The notes below the pieces were generated by a model, which was given only the letters and a program-made list of their open reading frames with translations, was not told where the DNA came from and did no database searches. A DNA stretch of 64,000 bases from an uncultured delta proteobacterium (GTDB lineage: Bacteria; Bdellovibrionota; FAC87; UBA2466): the NCBI GenBank assembly GCA_963778115.1, contig CAVZSV010000004.1:1472001-1536000 (forward strand), in the 5' to 3' direction. The position numbers and the translations under genes were made by a program. Shown one piece after another: positions 49,315 through 60,053 of this stretch (the first letter of the stretch is position 1; every line of letters starts with the position of its first letter).

Positions 49315-51463
49315 CGCCCTCGTCGAAGGTGATTTTCGAAAATTGAACTTGCCAGTCTATCGTGGAAGTTTTGGGAATTAAGGAAATCACCTGAATCAAA
49401 GAATCGGTAAGAAATCGTTTTGGAAGCGGAAACGTTACCACGGATGCCACTTCCTTTGGATCCAAATCCACTTTTTCATTGGAGGTTAATCCGTTAATCC
49501 AAACCTCAAACCCGGAAACCCCCTTAACCGAACTGATGTGTAGATGACAACGATGCCCCATATTAGGCGAGAGTACCACTCTAAAGGAAATCTTATTCCC
49601 GAAGGCTTCTCCCGTATCAATGAGCATTAAACCATGCATGGAGAATTGGGGGTATTCGAAGTGAGAAGATTGAGCCAGAAACTTCCCGTTTGATTTCTCT
49701 CTTGGAAATCGGGAGAACCCACTGATAAGCGAGCGCCGGCATAGGCCATCACAGAACGTAATCTCTTTTACTTCTCCCTTTTTTAGAAGCTGTTGACTGA
49801 GCGCTCTTTGAATTGAATCGTAAGTAATCCGGTAAACGTTCATTGTCTTCGTCCGAAGGACAAGTTCCCAGAAAGGAGCAAGTCCCGAAACGAGCCTTTT
49901 ATTAACCGAATCAATCTGCTCATTCCAAAGCTCTTTGAAAGGACGGGGGTAGTTAGCCTCCTTTAGGCGAAGAGAAATTCCTAGCCCGTGTTGAAGAACC
50001 TTATCGTAATAAACCTCACGAAGATTAGTAAACTCAATGAATAGTAATTCGTCTTTCTGCTTTTGAAAGGATAGAAACTCGTGAAACTTCACAAACAGAT
50101 TAGAGGGATCCTCGGCGAGAACCCCTAGGGGAAGTCGATCGAAATAATAGCGGATGGGAGCATCGACCAAAGAATTGGTAAATACCGCCCGCTGTGAATT
50201 ATGGCTCGCTATATAATCGGCAACTTTTTGAGTATCCTCTCGATCAAGAAAAGCGGGCTTAAGGGCGACGATTTCTCTTAAAGACCATATGGTAACAAAT
50301 AGAATGACAAATAGGGCTCCCGCTTTTCCCAAGAGGGATCGGTTCCAGAGATAGGAGAATACAATTCCGCAGCTAACAGAAGAGAAGATCAGAAGTTGAA
50401 GAAGAGGATGGTACTGTTCCCAAAAGAGCTGAGGAAAGACCAAAATAAAAGCGCAACCGGATAGAAGCACATAACCAGGATTTAGGGATATTGATGGAGA
50501 GCCAAGTTTGGGTCTCAATCGTCGGTAAAGTAGGGGAACTAATAACAGCAGGAAAAACATGGGGCTAAAAGCCCTCAGCACTCTATAGAAGAATATAGTG
50601 GGGTACCCATAAAGATCCGCATAGTTCACAATTCCTCGTTCATCGCTCTGAAACGAGAGATCTTGTAGAAAACGAGAGACACTTCCAAAGGACCAGAGAA
50701 CCAAAGAAAATTTGATCGCTACACCAAGAAAAATTCCACAGCCAAGCGCGAAATAGATTTTCCTGACGTGGTCTTTTCCTAAGAAATCTGAAAAACCTCT
50801 TATCGTGAAATGAATCAATAAAGGCAATAGGAACCAAAAATCGTAGGATGACAGGTAACACAATGCGATCGCTATCACTAAAGGAGCCAAACTGCGCTCA
50901 GGCTTTTCAAAATATTGCGTTACTAGAAAAAGTGCTCCAAAACCAAAAAAATTGTAAATTGGAACATGGTGGATGGTATCTGAATACTGGATCCAGATGA
51001 AATTGGTTAAGTAGACGAGAATTGCAGCGTTTGCGGACAGCAGCCCCCACACTCTTTTAAAATAGAGGTATAGGAAGAGCATCGAGAAATAACTAAAAAC
51101 GAGAGCCACCCATCGGAATTGAGTAATATCGCGAAACCCCAACATGACTCGTTCCATACCGTTAATCAGATCGGGAAGCGGCGGGTAGTGGGTGTAGTGA
51201 AGCGAATAAGCGCTAAGTGGCCCCACATCAAGAACCGGAGTAAGTCGATTTTTTATGAAACCGTCGCGTGCGAAGTAGCGTCCGGAAGTCATAGCATTGG
51301 AGTCACTCCAAGGGTCTCCCCAATTCAACCGCAGAGGATCGAAGGAATGAAAGAATAACCAACCAAAGATTATAAAAGACAGGAAGAAAAAAAACGCATT
51401 CGACCGAAAGTAGTTAAAGATAGTCGAACTGATGCGACGGGTTTTATGGTGACTCAAATCCAA
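49289..51463 (-). CDS. ArnT/PMT-like (GT39/GT83) membrane glycosyltransferase with soluble C-terminal domain
   Basis: WSDSNAM first loop, YTHYPPLPDL, about 10 TM helices. Confidence 0.7.
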   Translation of the reverse strand: MDLSHHKTRRISSTIFNYFRSNAFFFFLSFIIFGWLFFHSFDPLRLNWGDPWSDSNAMTSGRYFARDGFIKNRLTPVLDVGPLSAYSLHYTHYPPLPDLINGMERVMLGFRDITQFRWVALVFSYFSMLFLYLYFKRVWGLLSANAAILVYLTNFIWIQYSDTIHHVPIYNFFGFGALFLVTQYFEKPERSLAPLVIAIALCYLSSYDFWFLLPLLIHFTIRGFSDFLGKDHVRKIYFALGCGIFLGVAIKFSLVLWSFGSVSRFLQDLSFQSDERGIVNYADLYGYPTIFFYRVLRAFSPMFFLLLLVPLLYRRLRPKLGSPSISLNPGYVLLSGCAFILVFPQLFWEQYHPLLQLLIFSSVSCGIVFSYLWNRSLLGKAGALFVILFVTIWSLREIVALKPAFLDREDTQKVADYIASHNSQRAVFTNSLVDAPIRYYFDRLPLGVLAEDPSNLFVKFHEFLSFQKQKDELLFIEFTNLREVYYDKVLQHGLGISLRLKEANYPRPFKELWNEQIDSVNKRLVSGLAPFWELVLRTKTMNVYRITYDSIQRALSQQLLKKGEVKEITFCDGLCRRSLISGFSRFPREKSNGKFLAQSSHFEYPQFSMHGLMLIDTGEAFGNKISFRVVLSPNMGHRCHLHISSVKGVSGFEVWINGLTSNEKVDLDPKEVASVVTFPLPKRFLTDSLIQVISLIPKTSTIDWQVQFSKITFDEGAKVGTLSN

Positions 51464-51472
51464 AGGACCCCC

Positions 51473-53104
51473 CTATTTCTTGACGGCAAACGATGTTCCC
51501 GGTATGCAGCAGATTTCCGGGACTTCCGTATTCCGAAGTACAGACAAAAGACTGGGAATCCGAGAAAGGGTTTCACACTGACCAATTGCCCCGGAGGCGT
51601 TTGCTTTAGAAAAGATTTGAACGAAGTCGAACTTATCAGCATCTCGGTCGGTCAGATAGGCGACATAGACCGGATACTTTTCATTAGCCTTAAAGACCTC
51701 ATGTACAAGCTCGTCGCCGAGCAAGAAGCGATTCGTCCGGTTGGGATTTATACCACAGGTTCTTGCCGCTTTTAGAATTCGCTCCTTCGATTTCTCAAAA
51801 TGAAACGGAGAGAACGAATAAATAGTCGAAGGCAGGTAACCTCCGGTAAGCCATTCCTCAATCTGTGGCATCGTGCGACCAGCTAGTCTAGCCTCACTCA
51901 AAATTGCGGCAATTAGGATAAGTGCGCTAATTGTCTGTTTCAAATATTCGGGCATTCCTTTCAATTCGGGCTTCTCACATAAAATCAGAGCCAAAATCCA
52001 AGTCTGAGCAATCAGCGCTCCTCTATAAAACGGGGGAGCCGGTGCGAAGAAGACAAAGGCTAATCCCGATAGGAGTAGGGCCATCGACAATAGGTTGCGC
52101 GTCGAAAAGCGGCGGGAACGGCAATCTCTAGCGAATGCCCTCACCCCAAGTGCGGTAGTTGCCAGCATCAATCCTATGATGAAATAGCGGATCACCACGT
52201 TAAAAAGGGTATCGTCCCAGAAAGACACGTTAGGGGTAGCAATCCACGGACGAATATATTTGGGGGAAAATGCACAAGGTCCAAATGGAGTTTCCCCTTC
52301 GTGCGAGGCCAAGAACGGTTCAAGCCATTTTGTGGGGTTCGACCGCACCTTAAACTCGACACCGAGAACTTTCTCAAATGTCGAATCATTCGAACAAGAG
52401 AGACTTTCGTAAGCGTAATGCATTGTCGAGCATATCATTACGAAACAAAATAGAGCTGTTATCGCTTGGGCCAAACGGGATCGGATACTCTTAAAGATCA
52501 CAACCAAGAGCAAGGGAGTGAACAGTACAAATTCCGCATGATGCTGAAGTAGAAACATAGCCAGGCCAATAATCAACAACGCCGCTTGCCAGGAGTTTTT
52601 GCGCGGATAAATGCCACAAAGGGAAAGAAAAATAACCCCGATAGCTTCGGTCTGATCAGGACGATTCAAGCCTTGAATTAGCGGCAACGTACCCATCGCT
52701 AATGGGGCAACGATCGATAAGCTAAATAGCATCCATGAGCGGTCAGGATCTAACCGACGAATTAATATAAGAGCTAGTCCGATCCACAATAGAGCACTTA
52801 GTACTCCGAGCCATTTTATTACCCAGGGATGGGAAAATTGGTAGATTGCCGCGTACCACCCTGAAGCGAGGATTGCGGCGGGAGCCGTGAAGAGGTCCGC
52901 GTTCCCGAGAAACTCCCTTTCACATTGGGGATACGTAGAGATCTGAATCCCTTTGTCTTGAATCAAACGATCGCGCGTGGCTTTCCAAACAATTTCATCC
53001 GTATAGACAGGAGTAAGAAGACCCGTAAGCGTCAGTAGAAACAAACCGAGCGCGGCCGCTATCGCTAAGGAAATTATTATTTTGACCGCTAGTTGTCTCG
53101 GCAC
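51473..53104 (-). CDS. Polytopic membrane protein, probable GT-C fold
   Basis: PVYTDE acidic motif after TM1, RPD motif, about 10 TM helices. Confidence 0.6.
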   Translation of the reverse strand: MPRQLAVKIIISLAIAAALGLFLLTLTGLLTPVYTDEIVWKATRDRLIQDKGIQISTYPQCEREFLGNADLFTAPAAILASGWYAAIYQFSHPWVIKWLGVLSALLWIGLALILIRRLDPDRSWMLFSLSIVAPLAMGTLPLIQGLNRPDQTEAIGVIFLSLCGIYPRKNSWQAALLIIGLAMFLLQHHAEFVLFTPLLLVVIFKSIRSRLAQAITALFCFVMICSTMHYAYESLSCSNDSTFEKVLGVEFKVRSNPTKWLEPFLASHEGETPFGPCAFSPKYIRPWIATPNVSFWDDTLFNVVIRYFIIGLMLATTALGVRAFARDCRSRRFSTRNLLSMALLLSGLAFVFFAPAPPFYRGALIAQTWILALILCEKPELKGMPEYLKQTISALILIAAILSEARLAGRTMPQIEEWLTGGYLPSTIYSFSPFHFEKSKERILKAARTCGINPNRTNRFLLGDELVHEVFKANEKYPVYVAYLTDRDADKFDFVQIFSKANASGAIGQCETLSRIPSLLSVLRNTEVPEICCIPGTSFAVKK

Positions 53105-53275
53105 CAGTTCACATTCTTCTGCTTAATAATAGCCCCACGTCATCCGAACAGAAGATGACCAGGAGCAATGCGTCATTTCTTGAATACCGCTAAGGAGATC
53201 CCGTCGCCAATCATAGGATATAATAAGTCCCGTAGCAATTAGCGCTCCTTCACTATAATCCTAGGCCAAAACAAT

Positions 53276-54445
53276 ATGAATCTCCGTCAACGGAAGAAAA
53301 TAGACCTTCTTTTGGGTGGTTCGCTCGTCGCCTTGCTAAAGCCTTTCGTGTTTCTGACAGGATTTCTTTTACGTCGCGATCACGAAAAATCGGTGCGAGG
53401 AAGAATTGTTTTTATCAAAATGCTCGGTGGTGGAAGTCTGGTGATTGCTCTCCCGGCCCTATTGGGGATTAGGAAACGATATCCCAATTCGCAAATCTCT
53501 TTGATATGCACAGCATCGATAAAACCTTTCGCGGACAGCTTAAAAATATTTGATCACATCCTTGTTATCGATGATAGCACATTAGCTAGATGTTTCTTAA
53601 CGGGACTTCTCGCGCTTAGGAAGAGTTTCGGAGCAGACACGGTTATTGATCTCGAAGTCTATAGTAGACTAACCACGGTACTCTCGGTCTTAACTTGTGC
53701 CCGCAACAGAATTGGATTTTATCTAGAATCCACCTTCTGGAGACGGCAAATCCACACCCATCTATTCTTTTTTAATCGCTTTTCGGGGAGCTATTATTTT
53801 TATGAACAGATCGCGGTCCATCTAGGAGCTATGCCTTCTAATTTTTCCGAAATTCGACAATATCTCGTTAAAGAACATGGATTATCACAGAGCAGAACCC
53901 CTCGACTCTTTCACGTTCTCACCATAGGTCCGGGATGTTCTGACCTCGCAAAAGAACGAATGCTTAGCATTGATCAATGGGCTGGCATTTTCAAAAGTAG
54001 AATCGTAAGTCCTAAGAAAGTGGTAGTCAAAATTCTTGGCAGTACTCAGGAACAGGAGTTCGCCCAATCGCTATCGCGGGTCATTCGTGAGAAATTCGGA
54101 GTCCATTGTGAAGATTTAACGGGTAGATTGACTCTCCAGGAATCTATCGAAGTCTTATGGGATAGCGATGAATATTGGGGAATCGATTCCGCTTTAGTGC
54201 ATTATGCTCGGCTCTTCGGCATAAAGACCAAGAGTTGGTGGGGGCCCACCGATCCCATGACGCTCCTAAAGCAGATAGAAGGTCTCGAAGAAGAGGTTTT
54301 TTACCAGAAGATTCCCTGTTCTCCCTGCGTACACAACGCAGAAGAGCCGCCCTGCGCAGGAAATAACCTATGCATAAAAAAGCTACTCTCTGAAGAAGAC
54401 TCTCAAATGACAGAAAAAGGAGCATACTGGATCGTTAAACAGTAA
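53276..54445 (+). CDS. GT9 (heptosyltransferase-like) glycosyltransferase
   Basis: GGGSLVIALPAL, RIGF, DLTGRLTL, IDSALVH, WGPT, CSPC. Confidence 0.88.
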   Translation: MNLRQRKKIDLLLGGSLVALLKPFVFLTGFLLRRDHEKSVRGRIVFIKMLGGGSLVIALPALLGIRKRYPNSQISLICTASIKPFADSLKIFDHILVIDDSTLARCFLTGLLALRKSFGADTVIDLEVYSRLTTVLSVLTCARNRIGFYLESTFWRRQIHTHLFFFNRFSGSYYFYEQIAVHLGAMPSNFSEIRQYLVKEHGLSQSRTPRLFHVLTIGPGCSDLAKERMLSIDQWAGIFKSRIVSPKKVVVKILGSTQEQEFAQSLSRVIREKFGVHCEDLTGRLTLQESIEVLWDSDEYWGIDSALVHYARLFGIKTKSWWGPTDPMTLLKQIEGLEEEVFYQKIPCSPCVHNAEEPPCAGNNLCIKKLLSEEDSQMTEKGAYWIVKQ

Positions 54446-54452
54446 TGGTGCA

Positions 54453-56330
54453 TTACCGTTCCATCGCTTGCAAGGCCTTGGGAATATCGATCGCAAGATA
54501 GCGACGCGAAGTGAGAGTCCCCACACTCGCCCCCTTACTAATCAAATGGAAAAAATCGAAATATTCCTGAAAACGGGGATTCCAATTGATTCTATAGTCG
54601 GCAACCTTCTTCCAATTAATGTGTTTCCAGAACTTTTGCGAGTAGATACAAGAAGTGGAGACCGATAAAGGGTTCTCCAATAACATCCAATCCATTCCGC
54701 TTTCCCTCAGAAGTCGAAGCGTTTCCTTTGCTCGTGAAAATCGAAGCGGCTTAACGGGACTAACGTTCCCAGGAATATCCAGTAGAAAAATAGAATGCTG
54801 TGTGAAATCGAGGAACACAGGATCCTCAATAGCAGCGACGACATTACTTCCCCTGGGAATTAAGGCCATTAATAGTTTTAACTCTTCTTCTCCAGAGTTA
54901 GAGGGAAAACCATGTAGGAAATCTCTTTCCCTTATTTCTTTAAAGACGGGGAGACCGGCTATTACGAAAAAGGTCATAATGCAAATTGCAGAAATCGGAA
55001 GCCATTTTCCATGAAGCCGTCCCGGTCGGGGTGAGTTGATCCTTTGAGTAAAAAAGTCATCCAATATTTTTCCTAGGCCCAACATCAGAGGCGCAAGAAT
55101 CAGTCCTTCACAATACCGAATAACATCCACAAACAAGATCTGACCGGAGAGAAACGCGAAGGCAATGAAAGTCGCTATCGAAGCGATGAATACCGCTCTA
55201 AACCCCAAATCATTCCAAAGCAGGAAAAGAAATAGCACGCCCAATGAAAGAAGGGATTGCACGCCTCCTTCTGACAAGAAAGAAATCGCTCGAGAACCTA
55301 GGGAAGATTTCACGCTTTGAAACCAAAACGTTCCAAAAGTCTGGTCGTAATTCCCATGAAAGGGGGGGAATAGGGGGGAGTGCGACGATTCGAAAAGAGC
55401 CGCTACCAGCGGAGCTGACAAGACAGCGAGCATCAACATCTGAACGCTAGTAGCTTTCCTGTTCAACTCTTTCCGATGTATCCAATAATAGACACCGAGA
55501 AAAAGACCCGACCACATAACAAAATGTGCTCGCAAGCTCGCAAAAGAGACAAGCAATAGGAAAAGTAGAAACATCGCCTTGTTATTATTAGGGCACTCAT
55601 TTTTTTCTAATTTCAAAAAGAGAAGAATAGACGCGATCATCCAAACACCAGCTGATTGGGGAGCAGTATTTATTCGCGAGTAGTCATACACTGACATCAA
55701 AAACGCCAAAGCTGGCCAGATATATTTTGTTTTCTTCCCTTCAACAGGGAAACCCAAAAGAACAAGAAGAAACAGTAATGGGACCAGCCCGTGATCCCAA
55801 ACACTCAGCTGCTTTGGACTAAAAAATATTAGGCACAGACTGTGAGCAATAGTTTGTCCCCCGTAGGAGGCTAGTCTCCTCAAGCTAAATGGCTCTATCA
55901 AAGAGCCCGTCTGCAAAAGTTTTTTGGCATAAGGGAAATAAGCTATTCCGTCATCATTAACATTAAACTCGTGGATTCCTATGGAAGAAAGGCAGAGTAA
56001 ACCGGCTAGCAGTATAGCGATGACTACCAAAGCCTTAGCAATTCCATTTTCGCACCCGCCATGTACCAACTTAAGCGGTCTGGCACAAAAACTAAGCAAC
56101 AATCCGGTAATTAGATATACCCAGTAAAAGTAGGTGAGAGGGAATGGAAGAATGGAGGTAAAGACGAAAACCAAAAAGGTCAGAAGGCTAAACCCTAGCG
56201 TGATCTGCAGCCCAAAGTAAGAGCGATGCCGCAGTAGTCGTGATTCAAGCAACGCGCCCCATCCATGCATGCCAAAGATCAAGAGAGCAAAAAACACTGC
56301 GCTCTCAAAAATGGGCAGATAGAGCTTCAT
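54453..56330 (-). CDS. Polytopic membrane protein, probable GT-C fold
   Basis: FNVNDDGIAY acidic loop, about 12 TM helices, SPLFP and RY motifs. Confidence 0.6.
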   Translation of the reverse strand: MKLYLPIFESAVFFALLIFGMHGWGALLESRLLRHRSYFGLQITLGFSLLTFLVFVFTSILPFPLTYFYWVYLITGLLLSFCARPLKLVHGGCENGIAKALVVIAILLAGLLCLSSIGIHEFNVNDDGIAYFPYAKKLLQTGSLIEPFSLRRLASYGGQTIAHSLCLIFFSPKQLSVWDHGLVPLLFLLVLLGFPVEGKKTKYIWPALAFLMSVYDYSRINTAPQSAGVWMIASILLFLKLEKNECPNNNKAMFLLFLLLVSFASLRAHFVMWSGLFLGVYYWIHRKELNRKATSVQMLMLAVLSAPLVAALFESSHSPLFPPFHGNYDQTFGTFWFQSVKSSLGSRAISFLSEGGVQSLLSLGVLFLFLLWNDLGFRAVFIASIATFIAFAFLSGQILFVDVIRYCEGLILAPLMLGLGKILDDFFTQRINSPRPGRLHGKWLPISAICIMTFFVIAGLPVFKEIRERDFLHGFPSNSGEEELKLLMALIPRGSNVVAAIEDPVFLDFTQHSIFLLDIPGNVSPVKPLRFSRAKETLRLLRESGMDWMLLENPLSVSTSCIYSQKFWKHINWKKVADYRINWNPRFQEYFDFFHLISKGASVGTLTSRRYLAIDIPKALQAMER

Positions 56331-56441
56331 TAGACTAAAAGGGTCAGAGCGTTAGAGAAAGGAACCTAGAATAGCGCCTGAACAGGCATTCTCTTCAAGC
56401 TTTGTTTAAGGTATTATATTTCGGATAAGCAAGGAAAGAAA

Positions 56442-57302
56442 GTGCCTGATTTGAAAGCGAAGATCGAAGGACCTAACGATTTGAGCGACTCCTTAGCTCC
56501 CCTTTGTGGTCACGGCTCATCCTCTCTCGTATACCGCCGATCCGTTGCCACCTGCTCCTTATGCGGATCTTTTTGGGACCTGAAAAGTGCAAAGGTTACT
56601 CCCAGCTACGATGGCTCCTATCCTGAGAAAAGACGTCACTTCGATAAGGAATTAGGGCGTTGCAAACAGAGATCGCTGGAAGGATTTTTAAGACGGTCAA
56701 ATAGTTCAATCAAAAATTTGAGGGTTTGTGAAGTCGGCTTTGGAGCGGGACAGACTCTCAAGTTCTTGTCCTCGGCGGGGGCGAAGGAAGTCTTTGGGAT
56801 CGAAGCGATTCCCGAAAATATCGCTCACGCAAGAAGTTTGGGAATTCCATCGGAGCACCTCTTTCACGTTGATTCTTTGCCTCCTGTAGTTGGAAGGAAG
56901 ATAGATTTTTGGATCTTCCTGGATAGTTTTGAGCATATACCCGATCCAGCAAAGTTCATTGGATGGTTAAAGAAAAACTCATCGACTCACGCAAAAATTT
57001 TGCTGGTCGCCCCTAATGCAGAAAGCCTTAGTTCAAGATGGATGAGTAGCTGGTGGCTACACCGAATTCCCGATCATACTTTTCACTGGTCGTCCCGGGG
57101 GATAACCGGATTTCTTTCTCAACATGGTTTTTCTGAGCTTTCCGACTTTTACCCCGCTAAATTCGTAAGTCCTCAAGTGGTATTCTTACACTTCGCTATT
57201 TTTTCTAGGCTTGAACTCTTTACAAAATTAGCTAAAGCTCTGCCGAGCTTTCCTCTAAAATTCAATATTGGCGAAATGGGGAAGGTCTTCGAACTAAGGT
57301 AA
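56442..57302 (+). CDS. Class I SAM-dependent methyltransferase
   Basis: CSLCG knuckle, EVGFGAG, DSFEHIPDP, APN. Confidence 0.88.
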   Translation: MPDLKAKIEGPNDLSDSLAPLCGHGSSSLVYRRSVATCSLCGSFWDLKSAKVTPSYDGSYPEKRRHFDKELGRCKQRSLEGFLRRSNSSIKNLRVCEVGFGAGQTLKFLSSAGAKEVFGIEAIPENIAHARSLGIPSEHLFHVDSLPPVVGRKIDFWIFLDSFEHIPDPAKFIGWLKKNSSTHAKILLVAPNAESLSSRWMSSWWLHRIPDHTFHWSSRGITGFLSQHGFSELSDFYPAKFVSPQVVFLHFAIFSRLELFTKLAKALPSFPLKFNIGEMGKVFELR

Positions 57303-57806
57303 ACCTCCGAGCCAAAGACTGTAGTCTTTTCAAAAACTGTCCAAATCCTATTCGTTTCGTACCATCTCACGAGGCGATTCGCCTTGAATTTGGATCGCAT
57401 TCTAGAGGTATTCAACGACAACAATCGCTTCGCCTGAGTGAAATTAGAAAGTTCTCAGGCTAATCCCATTTCTTCGCCTTCCTCGTGAATGCCTCGCGGA
57501 GCGAAAATTGTCACTACACATGTGATAGGTATTATCACGTACACAGCACGTAATCAGTGAAATGGTGTGAAGCCTGGAAGCGAATACACCTTTCGTCGCC
57601 AATGGTACGGACTTTGCTCTGATATCCACCTGATCGCTATTGATCCAAGGGTTGGTTTGTTCGGATTGATAGCCTTAAAAGTGGAGATGGAACGTTGCAG
57701 GACCTGATTGGAATCGATGCCACTCGCGAAGATTCAAATCCTCAACTAATCCTTCTTTCTTTTAATGAACTATTTTGTGACACGTGTGCTTAGTTCGAGG
57801 TGAGTG

Positions 57807-59249
57807 ATGTCGTTGAGCAGAATCTTAGTCGTAGATGATGAAGAAAGCATTCGAGAGTTTTTCGAGATCATGCTGAAGCGGGAAGGCTATGAAGTCATCA
57901 CCGCTTCGAATGGTCGCGAGGGGCTTGAAAGGCTAAAAAGCCACCAAGTCGATCTCGTCATTAGTGATATCCAAATGCCGGAAGTCTCCGGAATGGAGTT
58001 CTTAGCCAAAGTAAAAGAGCTCGATTCGGAAATGGTGATGATCATGATCACCGCATTCGGTTCCACGGAAACCGCCGTCGAAGCCATGAAGCTCGGCGCT
58101 TATGATTACGTTCAAAAGCCTTTCAAGATTGAAGAAGTTAAAATAATTATCCGCCAAGCCCTTGAGCGTCGTTCTCTGAAGATGGAAAACGCTCAACTCA
58201 AAAAGGAGCTGGGCACCAAATACGCTTTCGACAATATCATTGGTGGCGCTCCTCCCATGTTGCGCATCTATGAAATGGTCAAACGAGTTGCTAATACCAA
58301 GAGCTCGGTTTTGATAACCGGAGAGAGCGGAACCGGTAAAGAATTGATCGCCCGCGCGGTCCATTACAATGGCCCTCTGAAGGACAAACCCTTTGTAACG
58401 GTAAACTGCGGTGCCATCCCAGAAAATTTGATGGAAAGTGAAATGTTTGGACATAAGAAAGGTTCCTTTACCGGCGCCATCGCCGATAAAAAAGGACTTT
58501 TCGAAGTTGCTAACGGGGGAACTATTTTCCTCGATGAATTAGGCGAACTTCCTCTTACCATGCAAGTAAAGCTCCTTCGAGTTATTCAAGAAGGAACTTT
58601 TAAGCGCGTCGGCGGAACCGAAGATATTCATGTGGATGTTCGAATCATTTCCGCAACGAATAAGAACCTGGATGCTGAAGTAAAATCAGGCCGGTTCCGA
58701 GAAGACCTTTTTTATCGCTTGAATGTCATTCAAGTCCATTGTCCTCCCCTTCGCGAGCGTCGGGAAGATATCCCAATGCTAGCCAATCACTTCTTGGAGA
58801 AATTCTCCAAGGCGTTGGGTATCAATGTTAAACGAGTGAGCAACGAAGCGATGGATGTGCTCAAACGTTATCACTATCCTGGTAACGTTCGAGAGCTAGA
58901 GAACATCGTGGAACGCACGGTCGCCCTGGAGCCAGGACCGGCTATCCTTCCGGAAAGTTTGCCTCGTCACCTGATGGAAAATAACCAGCAGCCTGTTGGC
59001 CAGCTGGATGCCAACAAGATTGAGATCGACGAGCAAACAGGAATCGATCTTGAGAAATTGGTCGCCGATTTCGAACGCACCCTACTTACCAAAGCCCTTC
59101 AACAGACGGGTGGAGTTAAGAAGCGCGCCGCAAAGCTTCTCAAAATCAGCTTCCGTAGCATGCGCTACCGCGTTGACAAGTATGCTCTAGGCAATCTGAG
59201 TGTTGATGACGACGAAGAAGATTCACTCGAAGAAGCCGGGAACGCGTAA
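57807..59249 (+). CDS. Sigma-54-dependent response regulator (NtrC family, PilR-like)
   Basis: REC VVDDE..SDIQMP; GESGTGKE; GSFTGA; FREDLFYRLNV; C-terminal HTH ISFRSMRYR. Confidence 0.93.
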   Translation: MSLSRILVVDDEESIREFFEIMLKREGYEVITASNGREGLERLKSHQVDLVISDIQMPEVSGMEFLAKVKELDSEMVMIMITAFGSTETAVEAMKLGAYDYVQKPFKIEEVKIIIRQALERRSLKMENAQLKKELGTKYAFDNIIGGAPPMLRIYEMVKRVANTKSSVLITGESGTGKELIARAVHYNGPLKDKPFVTVNCGAIPENLMESEMFGHKKGSFTGAIADKKGLFEVANGGTIFLDELGELPLTMQVKLLRVIQEGTFKRVGGTEDIHVDVRIISATNKNLDAEVKSGRFREDLFYRLNVIQVHCPPLRERREDIPMLANHFLEKFSKALGINVKRVSNEAMDVLKRYHYPGNVRELENIVERTVALEPGPAILPESLPRHLMENNQQPVGQLDANKIEIDEQTGIDLEKLVADFERTLLTKALQQTGGVKKRAAKLLKISFRSMRYRVDKYALGNLSVDDDEEDSLEEAGNA

Positions 59250-59425
59250 CGTAAAAATAATAAGGATCGCCCATGGGGCGTCATCTACCCGAACCACCCT
59301 CCCCCTCCCAACCTGGTTGGTAAGGGGGGAAGCATTTTTCGTTCCAACGGTGAAAGAATTTTACTTTTTTATCGTCGATAAAATCGTTTTTAATCAGAGT
59401 AATTCCCTTGCCCCATTGCTGTTAT

Positions 59426-59971
59426 GTGATAAAACTTTTTACGGGTTACGCATCGCAACCTGGCTTGTTCGGCGAATTAGAGAGTAATTCTCATGGTGGA
59501 GAGTTTAATGTTAGGAAAAGAAAAGTCGCGCGCTCCATTGGAGTTAAGCGTTCTAATCATGTCGTATTAAAGTCCTCGAAAGCCGTCGGAAAGAATTCCT
59601 TTCTTCAGAAAGAACATTCTAGATTTATTCGAAGAGCACTCCCTCTGTTGGCCAAGAAGTTTGGTGTGATTGTTTAGGAGTGGGCCAATAGTGGAAAACA
59701 CATTCACCTCCTAATAAGGCCTCGCTCCAGAGAAGCCTTCAAAGGATTTGTCTCAGCATTATCTGGAAGAGTAGCTCAGCAAGTTACAGGGGCTAGAAAA
59801 GGAAGTCCTTCGTCAGAGAAGTTTTTTGATGCTATCCCCTTTAGCCGTATCGTAACTTGGGGAAGAGACTTCAAAAACGTCTGCGATTACATTGTCCAAA
59901 ACACTCTGGAAGCAGCAGGGTTAATTCAGTTCACGCCTCGGAAAATGAGACCTCCGCCAAAACTGAAGTGA
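59426..59971 (+). pseudogene. REP-associated / IS200-like Y1 (HUH) tyrosine transposase with one internal TAG (start uncertain)
   Basis: HGG..HVVLKSS..KKFGVIV* then, in frame, EWANSGKHIHLL..FFDAIPFSRIVTWGRDF..DYIVQN; stop at 59675-59677. Confidence 0.85.
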
Positions 59972-60053
59972 AGCCTAGGCCCGTCCTTCCCCGTCCACGG
60001 GGTTCGGGGGCTTACGTTCCTTGGGCTAGGGTGTCGTAAGAGGGCGCTCCTTT

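Noticed and set aside
59675..59677. Stop-codon reassignment or pyrrolysine at the in-frame TAG
   Set aside because: TAG ends many intact genes here (e.g. ctaB, cinA, oppB) and no pyl genes are seen
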